Below are positions 56,502 to 64,000 of a DNA stretch of 64,000 bases, piece after piece. Each line of letters begins with the position of its first letter. The first letter of the stretch is position 1. The stretch spans positions 33,311 to 97,310 of IMG/VR virus record IMGVR_UViG_3300047321_000445; one strand, given 5' to 3'. The notes under the pieces are model-generated. The model saw only the letters and a list, made by a program, of their open reading frames with translations, was not told the origin of the DNA and did no database searches. Position numbers and translations under genes: made by a program. Origin of the DNA: a virus.

Positions 56502-57323
56502 GTGTCCCTTGTCGATCACGGCGTGCTGGTCCGCCGCTATCCCGTACATGCCCGTCTGGGGCGTCACCAGCGGCTCGACGCCCGCTCTCTGCAGTGGCTG
56601 CACCACCACAACCCGGCCGTGACTCTGAAGCGCGTCGACCACGCCCCGCCGATTCCGGTCCTGGACCAGCAGGACCTGATCCGGCAGGGCATCAGGGTGT
56701 CCGAGCTGGTGCCGGGCGCAGCCGACACGGACGCCCTCGGCTCGTGCACGGGCAACGGAGGCACCGTCGCCCTGGCCACCCTCGTGGGCGCGGCCGGCCT
56801 GGCCGCCGTGGGCCTGTCCAGCCGTGACGCGGTCGCCGACGAAGCGTTCGCGATCAAGCTGTATGCGGCGGCGACCCTCGTGGACGACGTGCCCGGGGGG
56901 ATGCCGCAGCAGGACACCGGATCCTCGGGCCTGGCGATCGCCAAGACGCTGAAGAAGCGCCGTCTCATCCGCGGTTACCGGCACGCGGTGAACGCGGACG
57001 CGCTCGCGAGTCTGCTCCAGGCCGGGACCGTGCTGATGGGCACTCCCTGGTTCAACGCCTGGTTCGAGCCGAACGCGTCCGGGTTCGTGGACGGGGTGTC
57101 GGGCTGGGAGCGGTCCGGGGTCGCCGGGGGTCACGAGGTGTGCATCACCGGCCTCGAGGACGTGGTCCAGGACCACGCCGGCCGGGTCGTCCCCGAAAAG
57201 ACGATCATCCGCGTGCGGAACTCGTGGTCGGTGTCCTGGGGCGACAGCGGCGACTTCCTGATGCGGCTGTCCACGTACAACGCGCTCCGCTCCGCTATCG
57301 ACCTGATCCAACTCCACGCCTGA
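56502..57323 (+). CDS. Papain-like (C1) cysteine peptidase
   Basis: LDQ..LGSCTG, GGHEV, RNSW...WGDSG. Confidence 0.85.
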   Translation: MSLVDHGVLVRRYPVHARLGRHQRLDARSLQWLHHHNPAVTLKRVDHAPPIPVLDQQDLIRQGIRVSELVPGAADTDALGSCTGNGGTVALATLVGAAGLAAVGLSSRDAVADEAFAIKLYAAATLVDDVPGGMPQQDTGSSGLAIAKTLKKRRLIRGYRHAVNADALASLLQAGTVLMGTPWFNAWFEPNASGFVDGVSGWERSGVAGGHEVCITGLEDVVQDHAGRVVPEKTIIRVRNSWSVSWGDSGDFLMRLSTYNALRSAIDLIQLHA

Positions 57324-57336
57324 AAGGCACGAGCAG

Positions 57337-58239
57337 ATGACGCTCAAGGGCATCGACGTATCCGGCTACCAGTCCACCAACTATCCGACCGACGGCTTCG
57401 ACTTCGTGTTCGTGAAGGCAAGCGAGGGCACGAGCTACGTCAACAGCGAGTGGTCCCAGCAGGTCGCCCACGGCCGCGACAAGGGCCTCGCCATCGGCCA
57501 CTACCACTTCGGACGGCCCGGCCCGTGGCAGGCCGAGGCGAACCACTTCCTGAACGTGGTCCGGCCGAAGCTGCACACCGGTGACGTCCTGGTCTACGAC
57601 TGGGAAGTGGCGGGCATCCCGAGCGAGTACAAGGACGCCTGGATCAAGTACGTCAAGGCGCAGGCGCCCGGCCACCGGGTCCTGCTGTACGCGAACACCG
57701 ACTTCTGGAAGAACCGGGACAAGACCAGCTACGCGGGTGACGGGCTGTGGATCGCCGACCCGAACCACCCGGTCGGCCACCCCGGCATCACGGCGAAGTG
57801 GCTGTTCCACCAGTACTCCTCGGCGCAGAACCTGGACCGGAACGTCGCCCAGTTCGCGACCAAGACGGACCTTCTGAAGTGGACCGGCGCCATCACCGAC
57901 GGCGGCGGGCACGCCCCGTCCCTGCCGGGCGTGTCCCTCTCGAAGATCATCCACGCGGCGGAGATAGACCCGCACGCCGCGCAGGGCCACCAGACGTACC
58001 AGCTGGGCACGCTCCACATCGAACAGGCCCTCGTGAAGCTCAAGTTCATGGCGTCCACCCGGTACGCGAAGGACGGCTCGTACGGCACCGAGACGCTTCG
58101 CGCCTACGGCGAGTTCCAGCGCTGGTACTCCGACAAGCACAACCTGCACTGGACGGCCGCAGAGTGCAACGGCGTGCCCGGCAAGACCTCGCTGACGGCC
58201 CTCGGTGACCTGTCCAAGGTCTTCCACGTCATCGCCTGA
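57337..58239 (+). CDS. Endolysin, GH25 muramidase with peptidoglycan-binding C-terminus
   Basis: GIDVSGYQ, VKASEG, GHYHF, YDWE, HQYS, DGSYGTET. Confidence 0.92.
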   Translation: MTLKGIDVSGYQSTNYPTDGFDFVFVKASEGTSYVNSEWSQQVAHGRDKGLAIGHYHFGRPGPWQAEANHFLNVVRPKLHTGDVLVYDWEVAGIPSEYKDAWIKYVKAQAPGHRVLLYANTDFWKNRDKTSYAGDGLWIADPNHPVGHPGITAKWLFHQYSSAQNLDRNVAQFATKTDLLKWTGAITDGGGHAPSLPGVSLSKIIHAAEIDPHAAQGHQTYQLGTLHIEQALVKLKFMASTRYAKDGSYGTETLRAYGEFQRWYSDKHNLHWTAAECNGVPGKTSLTALGDLSKVFHVIA

Positions 58240-58308
58240 CCCATCCCCGACCTCGACGGCCCCACCCTCCCAAGGGGTGGGGCCGTTCCCGTTCCGGCAG
58301 GAGCCCCC

Positions 58309-58599
58309 ATGTACACATCGTCTGTCCGTTACGTCGTCACGCTGTCGGCCGGCCTGATCCTCACACAGGGGCTGCGCCTGGGCGTGCACCTGGACCAGGG
58401 CGCCGTCACCATGGTGGTGCAGGCCGCCGTCACGGGCCTGTACTACAACGTCTTCCGGTGGGCTGAGACCCACCTCGGCCAGGGGTGGGGTTGGTTCCTC
58501 GGCCTGGCCCGCCCGCCCCAGTACGCGGACGTCCCGCCCGGGAAGCTGCGCGGCTGGGTGCGCCGGCGTGTGGGCCGTAGGGGAGGCGGCACTGCATGA
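58309..58599 (+). CDS. Putative holin
   Basis: Two hydrophobic segments; YY..FRWAE...GWFLG...P.Y; basic tail. Confidence 0.7.
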   Translation: MYTSSVRYVVTLSAGLILTQGLRLGVHLDQGAVTMVVQAAVTGLYYNVFRWAETHLGQGWGWFLGLARPPQYADVPPGKLRGWVRRRVGRRGGGTA

Positions 58600-58922
58600 C
58601 CAGTCCAACGGACAACACGACGGCACTAGGGCTGGAGCGATTGCGCGGCGAGCTACGCGAGGGCCTGGCACGGATCGAGGGCGCGTTGCAGTTGCTCGTG
58701 GCGCGGTCCGACCAGGCGGAGAAGACGGCCGAGGCGCACGCCGCGAAGCTGGAGAAGCATGACCAGCGGCTCGACACGCTGGAGGCCGCCAACGCGGCGG
58801 CCACGAATCAGGACGTGCACGGCCGGCTGCGGCAGGTCGAGCAGCGGGTGTGGGCCGTCGGCGGTGCGATCACGGTCGTGCTGGCCGTAGGCGAGATCCT
58901 GCTACAGGCGTTTCTGCACTGA
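58596..58922 (+). CDS. Coiled-coil membrane protein (lysis-associated)
   Basis: Heptad repeats plus a C-terminal TM segment. Confidence 0.7.
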   Translation: MTSPTDNTTALGLERLRGELREGLARIEGALQLLVARSDQAEKTAEAHAAKLEKHDQRLDTLEAANAAATNQDVHGRLRQVEQRVWAVGGAITVVLAVGEILLQAFLH

Positions 58923-58925
58923 CAT

Positions 58926-58982
58926 AGAAGGGGCGCGGCCTCTCATCCTTCGGGATGGGAAGGCCGCGCCCCTTCTTTTTTT
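58926..58982 (+). terminator. Strong late terminator
   Basis: 16-bp stem plus a T7 run. Confidence 0.9.
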
Positions 58983-59089
58983 GTTGGCGGGGCCGCGATG
59001 ATGCAGAGCACCTTCGGCTCCCGATGCGGGAGTGGGGCCGTCGCGGCCCGGCCGGTGTGTCTAACGCGCCGCCCGCCCGTCCGTCACGG

Positions 59090-60028
59090 TCAGGTGTCGC
59101 GGCCGCCACGGGCGATCAGGTACAGGTCGGTGGCCACGGGCCAGCCCTTGCGTCCCTCGTGCTCGTCGTTGAGCCACCGCGCCCACTGGCTGTAGGACTG
59201 CTCCAGGCCCTTGCCGGTGATCCGGACACCGGGCGGGATCATGCGCGGGGTGGCGGACGCCGGTTCGGCCTTGGTGTGCCGCAGGGTGATGAACAGGCCT
59301 TGATGCGCGGGATGGTCGGGGCCTTCGCGCAGGTGCTTGCGGATCACCTCGCGGCGTTCGGGTAGCCACAGCCGGATCGCGGCCTGCGCAGGCCGGGGCA
59401 GCTTGAAGTCCTGCTCTTCTGCTTCGGTGCGGCCGGGCGGGTTCACCCACAGCCGGATCCGGGACTGGTCGGGGGCGAGGGCGGTGACGTCCGCGCGCAC
59501 GAGGCCTTCGCGGGTCACGCCGGTTGCCCACAGCAGTTCCAGCGCGGCGAGCAGCCGCAGCCGGTACAGCTCGCGGCGCGGGTGCATCGGCTTGGACAGG
59601 GCGCGGCGCAGGACCAGGTGGCCGCCCGGCTCCAGCGGGACTTTGGTGTGCTTGGCCCACGGGCGGGCGCCGGGCATCTGCCACCAGTACGGGGGCTGGC
59701 CTGCGGCCCGGTTGAGGTCGACCAGCCCGTCCATCAGGTTGCGCTGGTAGGACGGCTTGAGGCGGGTGCCGACGTCGCGTATGCGGTAGTGGCCTGCTGT
59801 GATGCGGCCCAGGACGGTGTCGGGCATGCCGGGGTGCCCGATCACGTCGGGGTGGAGGAACGCCTCCAGCGACTCCAGGGCCTCCGGGGGCACGTCTGCG
59901 GCGGCCCGTTCGAGGGTGTTGACCGTGACGCGGAGCCGCTCGGCGCGTTTCGCGGAGGTGTTGATATCGGGGTTCGCGAGTGCCCGGTCTCGGGCGGCGC
60001 GGAGTTGCCTGATAGCGGGCACAATCAT
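59090..60028 (-). CDS. Tyrosine-recombinase-fold protein lacking catalytic residues
   Basis: RLLAALELLWATGVT (box I with Thr at the Arg position), LFITL; no HxxR or Tyr box; probable leaderless start (TAAGCT 7 nt before ATG). Confidence 0.65.
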   Translation of the reverse strand: MIVPAIRQLRAARDRALANPDINTSAKRAERLRVTVNTLERAAADVPPEALESLEAFLHPDVIGHPGMPDTVLGRITAGHYRIRDVGTRLKPSYQRNLMDGLVDLNRAAGQPPYWWQMPGARPWAKHTKVPLEPGGHLVLRRALSKPMHPRRELYRLRLLAALELLWATGVTREGLVRADVTALAPDQSRIRLWVNPPGRTEAEEQDFKLPRPAQAAIRLWLPERREVIRKHLREGPDHPAHQGLFITLRHTKAEPASATPRMIPPGVRITGKGLEQSYSQWARWLNDEHEGRKGWPVATDLYLIARGGRDT

Positions 60029-60180
60029 GAGGCTCAGCTTACGAGCGGTAACAGACTGATCTGGCTGGATACTCTCGCGTAGGATGCCGCCTGCCGCTGA
60101 TTGATATTTCAATTTGCGCACGTTTCGCGCACCCATATGGCCTCCCGTAGGGGGCTGTTGCCACGGAGGTACCCTCTGCG

Positions 60181-60909
60181 ATGACTCCCGTCGATGTCGC
60201 AGGTGGCCCGCAAGGGTCCTCGGAGCGTCGTCACCTGACGCTCGTGTCCGTTGCCGTCATCGTCCCGAAGGAAGAAGGTGGCGGAGAAGAGGAGGGCGGC
60301 GGGGTTGCCTCCAGCGGACCGAAGCACCGTCGCCCTGATCCTCCGGGCGGCAGCTCGACGCTCCGTGCGCTGATGGCTCTCGGCGCGCTGGCTACGGCCA
60401 TCGGAATCGGCAGCGCCCAGCTGGCGGCCGCCAACCCGCCCAGGACGCGGGCGTCCGCTCCGCCCCGAGACGAGACAGCCCCCGAGACCGGCCGCTCTGC
60501 ACTCGTCGAAACGGCCCCTGGCACCGGGCAGCCGGCGCGCACTGGACACCGGACCCCGGTCGTTGGTGAGGCCGTATCGCGGCCCCCGGCGAACAAGTCC
60601 CACACGAGCAGCCGCATCCGCTCGACCGAGCCGAAGGCCCGCCAGCTCACGGTGAACGCCGCGGTGACGGTCGTGGCCGCCGCCTACACGCTCCCCGAGG
60701 GCACGGGCAAACACCGCAAGCCGACCACGGCCACCTACAGCGACCCCTGCGGCCGCAACGCGGGCTATGTCGGCAGGCACCGCGGTCACCGGGACGGCGG
60801 GTACGAGCATCTTCACCGGCACGACAACGACCACGACCACGACCGAGACCGGGCCGGTTACGGCCACCGCCAAGGGATGTTGGCGGCCGGTCTTACCCAC
60901 AGCGTCTGA
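60181..60909 (+). CDS. Hypothetical low-complexity protein with one TM segment
   Basis: GGAGG upstream; KHRR/KHRK motifs; frame uncertain. Confidence 0.4.
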   Translation: MTPVDVAGGPQGSSERRHLTLVSVAVIVPKEEGGGEEEGGGVASSGPKHRRPDPPGGSSTLRALMALGALATAIGIGSAQLAAANPPRTRASAPPRDETAPETGRSALVETAPGTGQPARTGHRTPVVGEAVSRPPANKSHTSSRIRSTEPKARQLTVNAAVTVVAAAYTLPEGTGKHRKPTTATYSDPCGRNAGYVGRHRGHRDGGYEHLHRHDNDHDHDRDRAGYGHRQGMLAAGLTHSV

Positions 60910-60925
60910 AAGTACAAAGCCACTT

Positions 60926-61345
60926 ATGCGCCTCACAGCCACCCCCCGAACCATCCCGATCCGACGACGCACCCCGGCTGTCCGGGGCGCGGTCGTTGAC
61001 ATCGCCTCGCGACGGACACGCTGTCCGGCCAGGGAACCGGACAGAGCGTCGGCAGGCGACGAAGCGAGTCTCGCGGTCGCGTACTGGGAGGGTGTTTTCG
61101 CTGCGGCCGGCCTGGACCTCCTCACACCGCAGCCACCTGCGATGGTCACGCGGGTGATTGCGTCGGAACTGGAGCGGCTGGTCGGGGGTCTGTCGTTCCT
61201 GCGCGAGGGCGGCGGGCCGAGGAACCTGCCGCCGAACCCGCAGGTGGGCATGGACGCGGTCAGCGCGGCGGAGTGCGCGGGACTGCTGCGGGAGCTGGCG
61301 GCTGCTGCTGAGCGGGCGACGGCCCGCAGCCAGGAAGAGGCGTAA
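60926..61345 (+). CDS. Hypothetical protein
   Basis: ORF ending at the hairpin 61353-61379; start uncertain. Confidence 0.5.
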   Translation: MRLTATPRTIPIRRRTPAVRGAVVDIASRRTRCPAREPDRASAGDEASLAVAYWEGVFAAAGLDLLTPQPPAMVTRVIASELERLVGGLSFLREGGGPRNLPPNPQVGMDAVSAAECAGLLRELAAAAERATARSQEEA

Positions 61346-61396
61346 GACGAAAGCCCCCGCCCTGGGGAGGGGCGGGGGCGCTCGCCGGCGCACGGG

Positions 61397-61585
61397 CTAC
61401 TCGCCCAGGAGTCGGCGCAGGAGTGCACGCATCTCGGGCGTCATCTGGTCCACCAGTGCGTGCGCTGCCTGATGCCCCGAGTACCGCTCCACGAAGTCGG
61501 CCTCCGTGGTCGCGGTGAACTTCTCGCCGCAGCGCCCACAACTGTGCTCGGCCAGGTCCCACGCCTGGCTGGCCTTCCTACTCAT
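61397..61585 (-). CDS. Small C2H2-like Zn-finger protein
   Basis: CGRC...HQAAH; AAGGAGG RBS; ATGA overlap. Confidence 0.7.
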   Translation of the reverse strand: MSRKASQAWDLAEHSCGRCGEKFTATTEADFVERYSGHQAAHALVDQMTPEMRALLRRLLGE

Positions 61586-62106
61586 GCGCGCGGAGCCTCC
61601 TTGCGGGGCCGGCCAATCTTCCTGCCCTGCTTCTCCCATGCGTCCTTGAAGGCGCGCACCTGGTAGGCGAAGTAGATGGGGCCTGCCTTGAGATGGGCTA
61701 CGGGCTGGGCGTGCTCCTGGAACAGGGCCGTCTGCGTGAGCTGCGCGGCGCGCTGCCGACTGGCGACGCCCAGCATCTCCTTGAGGTCCGCGATCCCAAC
61801 GAGGTCCGGGATGGGCAGGGGCTCGCGGTTGCGGCGGTCGAGCTCTTCCTCCGTGACGACCTCGATGCCTACGACCGCGGCGCGCCCGTAGACGGCCTGC
61901 ACGGCGCGGTCGCAGACGGCCAGGGCGGCGGGCACGGCGCGCTCGACGGTGGGCTCCTCCACGAAGACGCGCATGGAGAAGTTGCCGTTGGGGGCGGGGC
62001 TGACCGTGGCGTGGTAGCCGTCCAGGTGGTCGATGGCGGTGTCATAGGCGTCGTCGGGCACGCGGGCGCCGTACTCCACGTACACGCTCCATGCGGGGGG
62101 GTTCAT
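61582..62106 (-). CDS. HicB-like antitoxin / DNA-binding protein
   Basis: C-terminal DLVGIADLKEMLGVASRQRAAQL...PVAHLKAGP; downstream of hicA. Confidence 0.75.
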   Translation of the reverse strand: MNPPAWSVYVEYGARVPDDAYDTAIDHLDGYHATVSPAPNGNFSMRVFVEEPTVERAVPAALAVCDRAVQAVYGRAAVVGIEVVTEEELDRRNREPLPIPDLVGIADLKEMLGVASRQRAAQLTQTALFQEHAQPVAHLKAGPIYFAYQVRAFKDAWEKQGRKIGRPRKEAPRA

Positions 62107-62130
62107 CGGGGTCCTTCCGGTGAGGGCCGT

Positions 62131-62161
62131 GGGGGCCGCCCAAGTCGAGTGGGCGGCCCCC
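62131..62161 (-). repeat. CTCGACT-loop hairpin between the hicA and hicB-like genes
   Basis: Minus strand GGGGGCCGCCCA-CTCGACT-TGGGCGGCCCCC (12-bp perfect stem). Confidence 0.9.
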
Positions 62162-62171
62162 GTGGTGTGGA

Positions 62172-62372
62172 TCAGTGCGGCCACTTGAAGCCAGCTCGTC
62201 GGCAGTCGGCGAGGCAGTTCTTCATGGTGCGGTGGTCGCTTGGGGTGCTGGGGAGGGTGGTGACTCGCTGGCCCTTCTTGCGGACGACCAGGTGCGTGCT
62301 GTTCCTCCCCTTGGTCACTTCGAACCCTTGTGCTTCAAGTTCCTTGATGAGCGTCCTCAGGTCCTTGTTCAC
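62172..62372 (-). CDS. hicA: HicA-like toxin
   Basis: LIKELEAQGFEV..STH...TPSDHR..N...RRAG; 66 aa, basic. Confidence 0.8.
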   Translation of the reverse strand: MNKDLRTLIKELEAQGFEVTKGRNSTHLVVRKKGQRVTTLPSTPSDHRTMKNCLADCRRAGFKWPH

Positions 62373-62391
62373 CGTAGCCCCTTTCCCTGTC

Positions 62392-62433
62392 CGTTGACAA
62401 GGATATTACGTCGTAACCCTTGTCAACGTCAAC
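62392..62433 (-). promoter_or_regulatory. hicAB promoter/operator
   Basis: Minus strand TTGACG-18-TAATAT inside the inverted repeat CGTTGACAAGG...CCTTGTCAACG. Confidence 0.8.
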
Positions 62434-62536
62434 CCTTTTTATGGAGGGAACTGCGCTTGACCTGCAAGGACACCACGCGCGCGCGACTTCAGCCGAACAC
62501 CCTGTAGCGGCGCGTACGAGCCGCTACCCTTGCCCC

Positions 62537-62785
62537 ATGGCGAAGAAGCAGATCAACGTGCGTGTGGACGAAGACGTGTATGCCGGGATCGAGGAGCGCG
62601 CGGCGGCGGCCGGTATGGAGGTGGCCGACTACGCCCGCCAGGTGCTCGCCGACGAAGGCAACGACCTGCGGCACCGGTTCCTCGACGCGGCCCAGCACTA
62701 CGCGGAGGAGTGGGGCCCGCACTTTGCCGAGCGGTTCGGCCACCCCGCGCCCGCTCAGGATGAGGCGCGCGGGCGGGCAGCGTGA
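62537..62785 (+). CDS. Ribbon-helix-helix antitoxin
   Basis: KKQINVRVDEDVY...AAAAGMEVADYARQVL; TACCCT 6 nt upstream suggests a leaderless mRNA. Confidence 0.8.
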   Translation: MAKKQINVRVDEDVYAGIEERAAAAGMEVADYARQVLADEGNDLRHRFLDAAQHYAEEWGPHFAERFGHPAPAQDEARGRAA

Positions 62786-63165
62786 TCGTGCGCATTGACG
62801 GTGCGTGGCTGCTGGACGTCGCGCACCGGCACCTGCCAGGCGACCCGGACGTCACCGACTGGGGGACGATCGAGGCCGCCGTGGCCCGGCACGCCGCGCA
62901 GGTCATGGAACGGTACGTCTATCCCGAGCCACACCATCGGGCGGCGTCCCTCATGCACCAGCTCATCCGGTGCCCGGCGCTGGAGTACGGCAACGAGCTG
63001 TTCGGGGCCGTGACCGCCGCGGCGTACCTGACGGTGTCCGGGGTCGTGGTGACGGTCGACTTCAAGCAGGCGGCGGACCTGGCCGAGCGGATCGCCCGCG
63101 ACGGGCTGGACGTGCGCCAGGTCGCCGAGGAGATCAAGGGCTGGGCGGGGAGGGGACCGCGATGA
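62782..63165 (+). CDS. Fic/Doc-like toxin (degenerate motif)
   Basis: DWGTIEAAVARH...RAASLMHQL..PALEYGNELFG. Confidence 0.8.
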   Translation: MIVRIDGAWLLDVAHRHLPGDPDVTDWGTIEAAVARHAAQVMERYVYPEPHHRAASLMHQLIRCPALEYGNELFGAVTAAAYLTVSGVVVTVDFKQAADLAERIARDGLDVRQVAEEIKGWAGRGPR

Positions 63166-63273
63166 CGACGGTGTGCGTGAACGACACGGATGGAGACGGG
63201 AACTGCGCCGCGTGCGCACGGAACCCGCAGGCTCTGTGTCCGGCCGTGGGGACCAGCGGGGCAGCCAGTAACG
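63162..63273 (+). pseudogene. Probable 5' part of the interrupted HTH gene
   Basis: ATGA coupling to doc; CVNDTDGDGNCAAC; ends in a repeat that is in frame with the 63661 ORF after a 430-bp deletion. Confidence 0.45.
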
Positions 63274-63325
63274 CTAAGCGCTGGGAGTTCCCGTCGGCGG
63301 GGTGGGCCACCGGATCGAGTAGCCG

Positions 63326-63631
63326 TCACACGGCGATCTCCGCCGAACCTGCCCGTTCGCGCTTCCTCCAGGCCGCTGTCCGGCAGGCGCCGGAGCAGAA
63401 CACCTGGTCAGATCGGGTGAAGTACCCAGGAGCAAGACGACGGCCGCACGTCCGGCAGGCTGGTCCGGCCCCGATCGTGTGGGCGGCCATGAGGTCCAGG
63501 CCACGGCCGTAACGACGGTATTGCCGGAACCAGGCCGACTTGCACGCGGTCGAGCAGTACCGCCGCCGCGGCGCCGAGCTCGAAGGCAGCGGCTCGTGGC
63601 ACATCGCGCAGGCCCGCTGCGTGCCAGCCAT
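63326..63631 (-). CDS. Double Zn-finger hypothetical protein
   Basis: CAMC..RRYCSTACK; CRTC..FCSGACR; GGAGG RBS. Confidence 0.75.
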   Translation of the reverse strand: MAGTQRACAMCHEPLPSSSAPRRRYCSTACKSAWFRQYRRYGRGLDLMAAHTIGAGPACRTCGRRLAPGYFTRSDQVFCSGACRTAAWRKRERAGSAEIAV

Positions 63632-63660
63632 ACCTCCGGTCTACGCCCATCGCCGTCCGC

Positions 63661-63951
63661 GTGCCAGTACCGGCCTTGGGGACCAGTGGGGCAGCCGTTA
63701 ACGGCGCCCCCACTGGTCCCCAAGGCCGGTGTCGCCGGCCGAAGTACCTGACCGTCGCCCAGGCTGCCGAGGAACTGGACGTGTCGGAGGATTTCCTCGA
63801 GCGTCTGCTGACCAGCAGGGAGATTCCGTTGCGGCTGGACGGGAATCAGTTGTTGCTGCTGACCTCCTGGGTCCAGCAGTTCAAGCGGCAAGACATCCTC
63901 GGTCGCCGTCTTGTTGCCGAGGGAGTCCGGGGGCCAGCGCGCCAGCAGTAG
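63661..63951 (+). CDS. Excisionase-family HTH domain (start uncertain)
   Basis: YLTVAQAAEELDVSEDFLERLL..EIP. Confidence 0.65.
   Translation: MPVPALGTSGAAVNGAPTGPQGRCRRPKYLTVAQAAEELDVSEDFLERLLTSREIPLRLDGNQLLLLTSWVQQFKRQDILGRRLVAEGVRGPARQQ
63669..63730. repeat. 62-bp loopless palindrome centred on GTT|AAC
   Basis: 29 of 31 pairs are complementary. Confidence 0.9.
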
Positions 63952-64000
63952 TGGAGTGGAGAGGGGCGGGGTGGCCGTGTGGTCGGGCCCCACCCCCCGC

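Larger units (their letters stand above)
1..64000. mobile_element. Streptomyces-type phage-plasmid / conjugative prophage (both ends probably outside the window)
   Basis: Complete siphovirus morphogenesis and lysis operon, TraB/Spd/GntR plasmid-transfer module, replication initiator and two TA pairs; no host housekeeping genes seen. Confidence 0.85.

Noticed and set aside
59090-60136. Functional integrase defining a prophage end
   Set aside because: Catalytic Arg, HxxR and Tyr are absent; no att-like duplication or tRNA seen; element-type genes continue beyond it
60767-60925. Thr-rich N-terminal extension of the 60926 ORF
   Set aside because: Overlaps the 60181-60909 ORF and is low-complexity; I cannot tell which frame is real
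1-64000. tRNA, rRNA, IS elements, reverse transcriptase/DGR
   Set aside because: No cloverleaf, transposase or YxDD RT motifs noticed by eye; tRNAscan and HMM searches are needed to exclude them

Overview
The window is GC-rich actinobacterial (Streptomyces-like) DNA that appears to belong entirely to one hybrid element: a temperate siphovirus-type phage that also carries Streptomyces plasmid-transfer genes. No intact integrase is visible, so it is most likely a conjugative phage-plasmid; it could instead be an ICE-prophage whose integrase lies outside the window. Layout: (1) 1-10.5 kb is an array of ~16 co-oriented, mostly orphan genes (DUF3560, a PP2C phosphatase, a very acidic protein). They are punctuated by two repeat families: a sigma70-type promoter with an inverted repeat around its -35 box (7 copies) and a GC-rich hairpin with a conserved CTCGACT loop (~12 copies, with compensatory stem changes). 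(2) 10.6-14.1 kb is a KorSA/TraR-like GntR repressor divergent from DUF6415, a radical SAM enzyme with a Cys-x-Pro repeat tail, and a PIMT-like methyltransferase (putative RiPP cassette). (3) 14.2-19.5 kb holds a triple-HTH regulator, a DEDDh exonuclease and an HTH replication initiator with internal 22-bp iterons. (4) 19.6-25.4 kb is an spd/tra module with an FtsK-like TraB. (5) 26-33.4 kb is an enzyme cluster (Gp88, two ParB/Srx proteins, a cupin, two PAPS-reductase-family proteins, a class II amidotransferase, an aldehyde dehydrogenase and a CDO-like cupin). (6) 33.4-58.9 kb carries packaging, head, tail and lysis genes. (7) 59-64 kb has an apparently inactive tyrosine-recombinase-like gene, HicAB-like and RHH/Doc-like toxin-antitoxin pairs, and a 62-bp palindrome next to a 430-bp insertion. 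All calls come from motif recognition by eye; no database searches were run. Start codons were re-chosen using RBS, leaderless or overlap evidence where the ORF track was over-extended.
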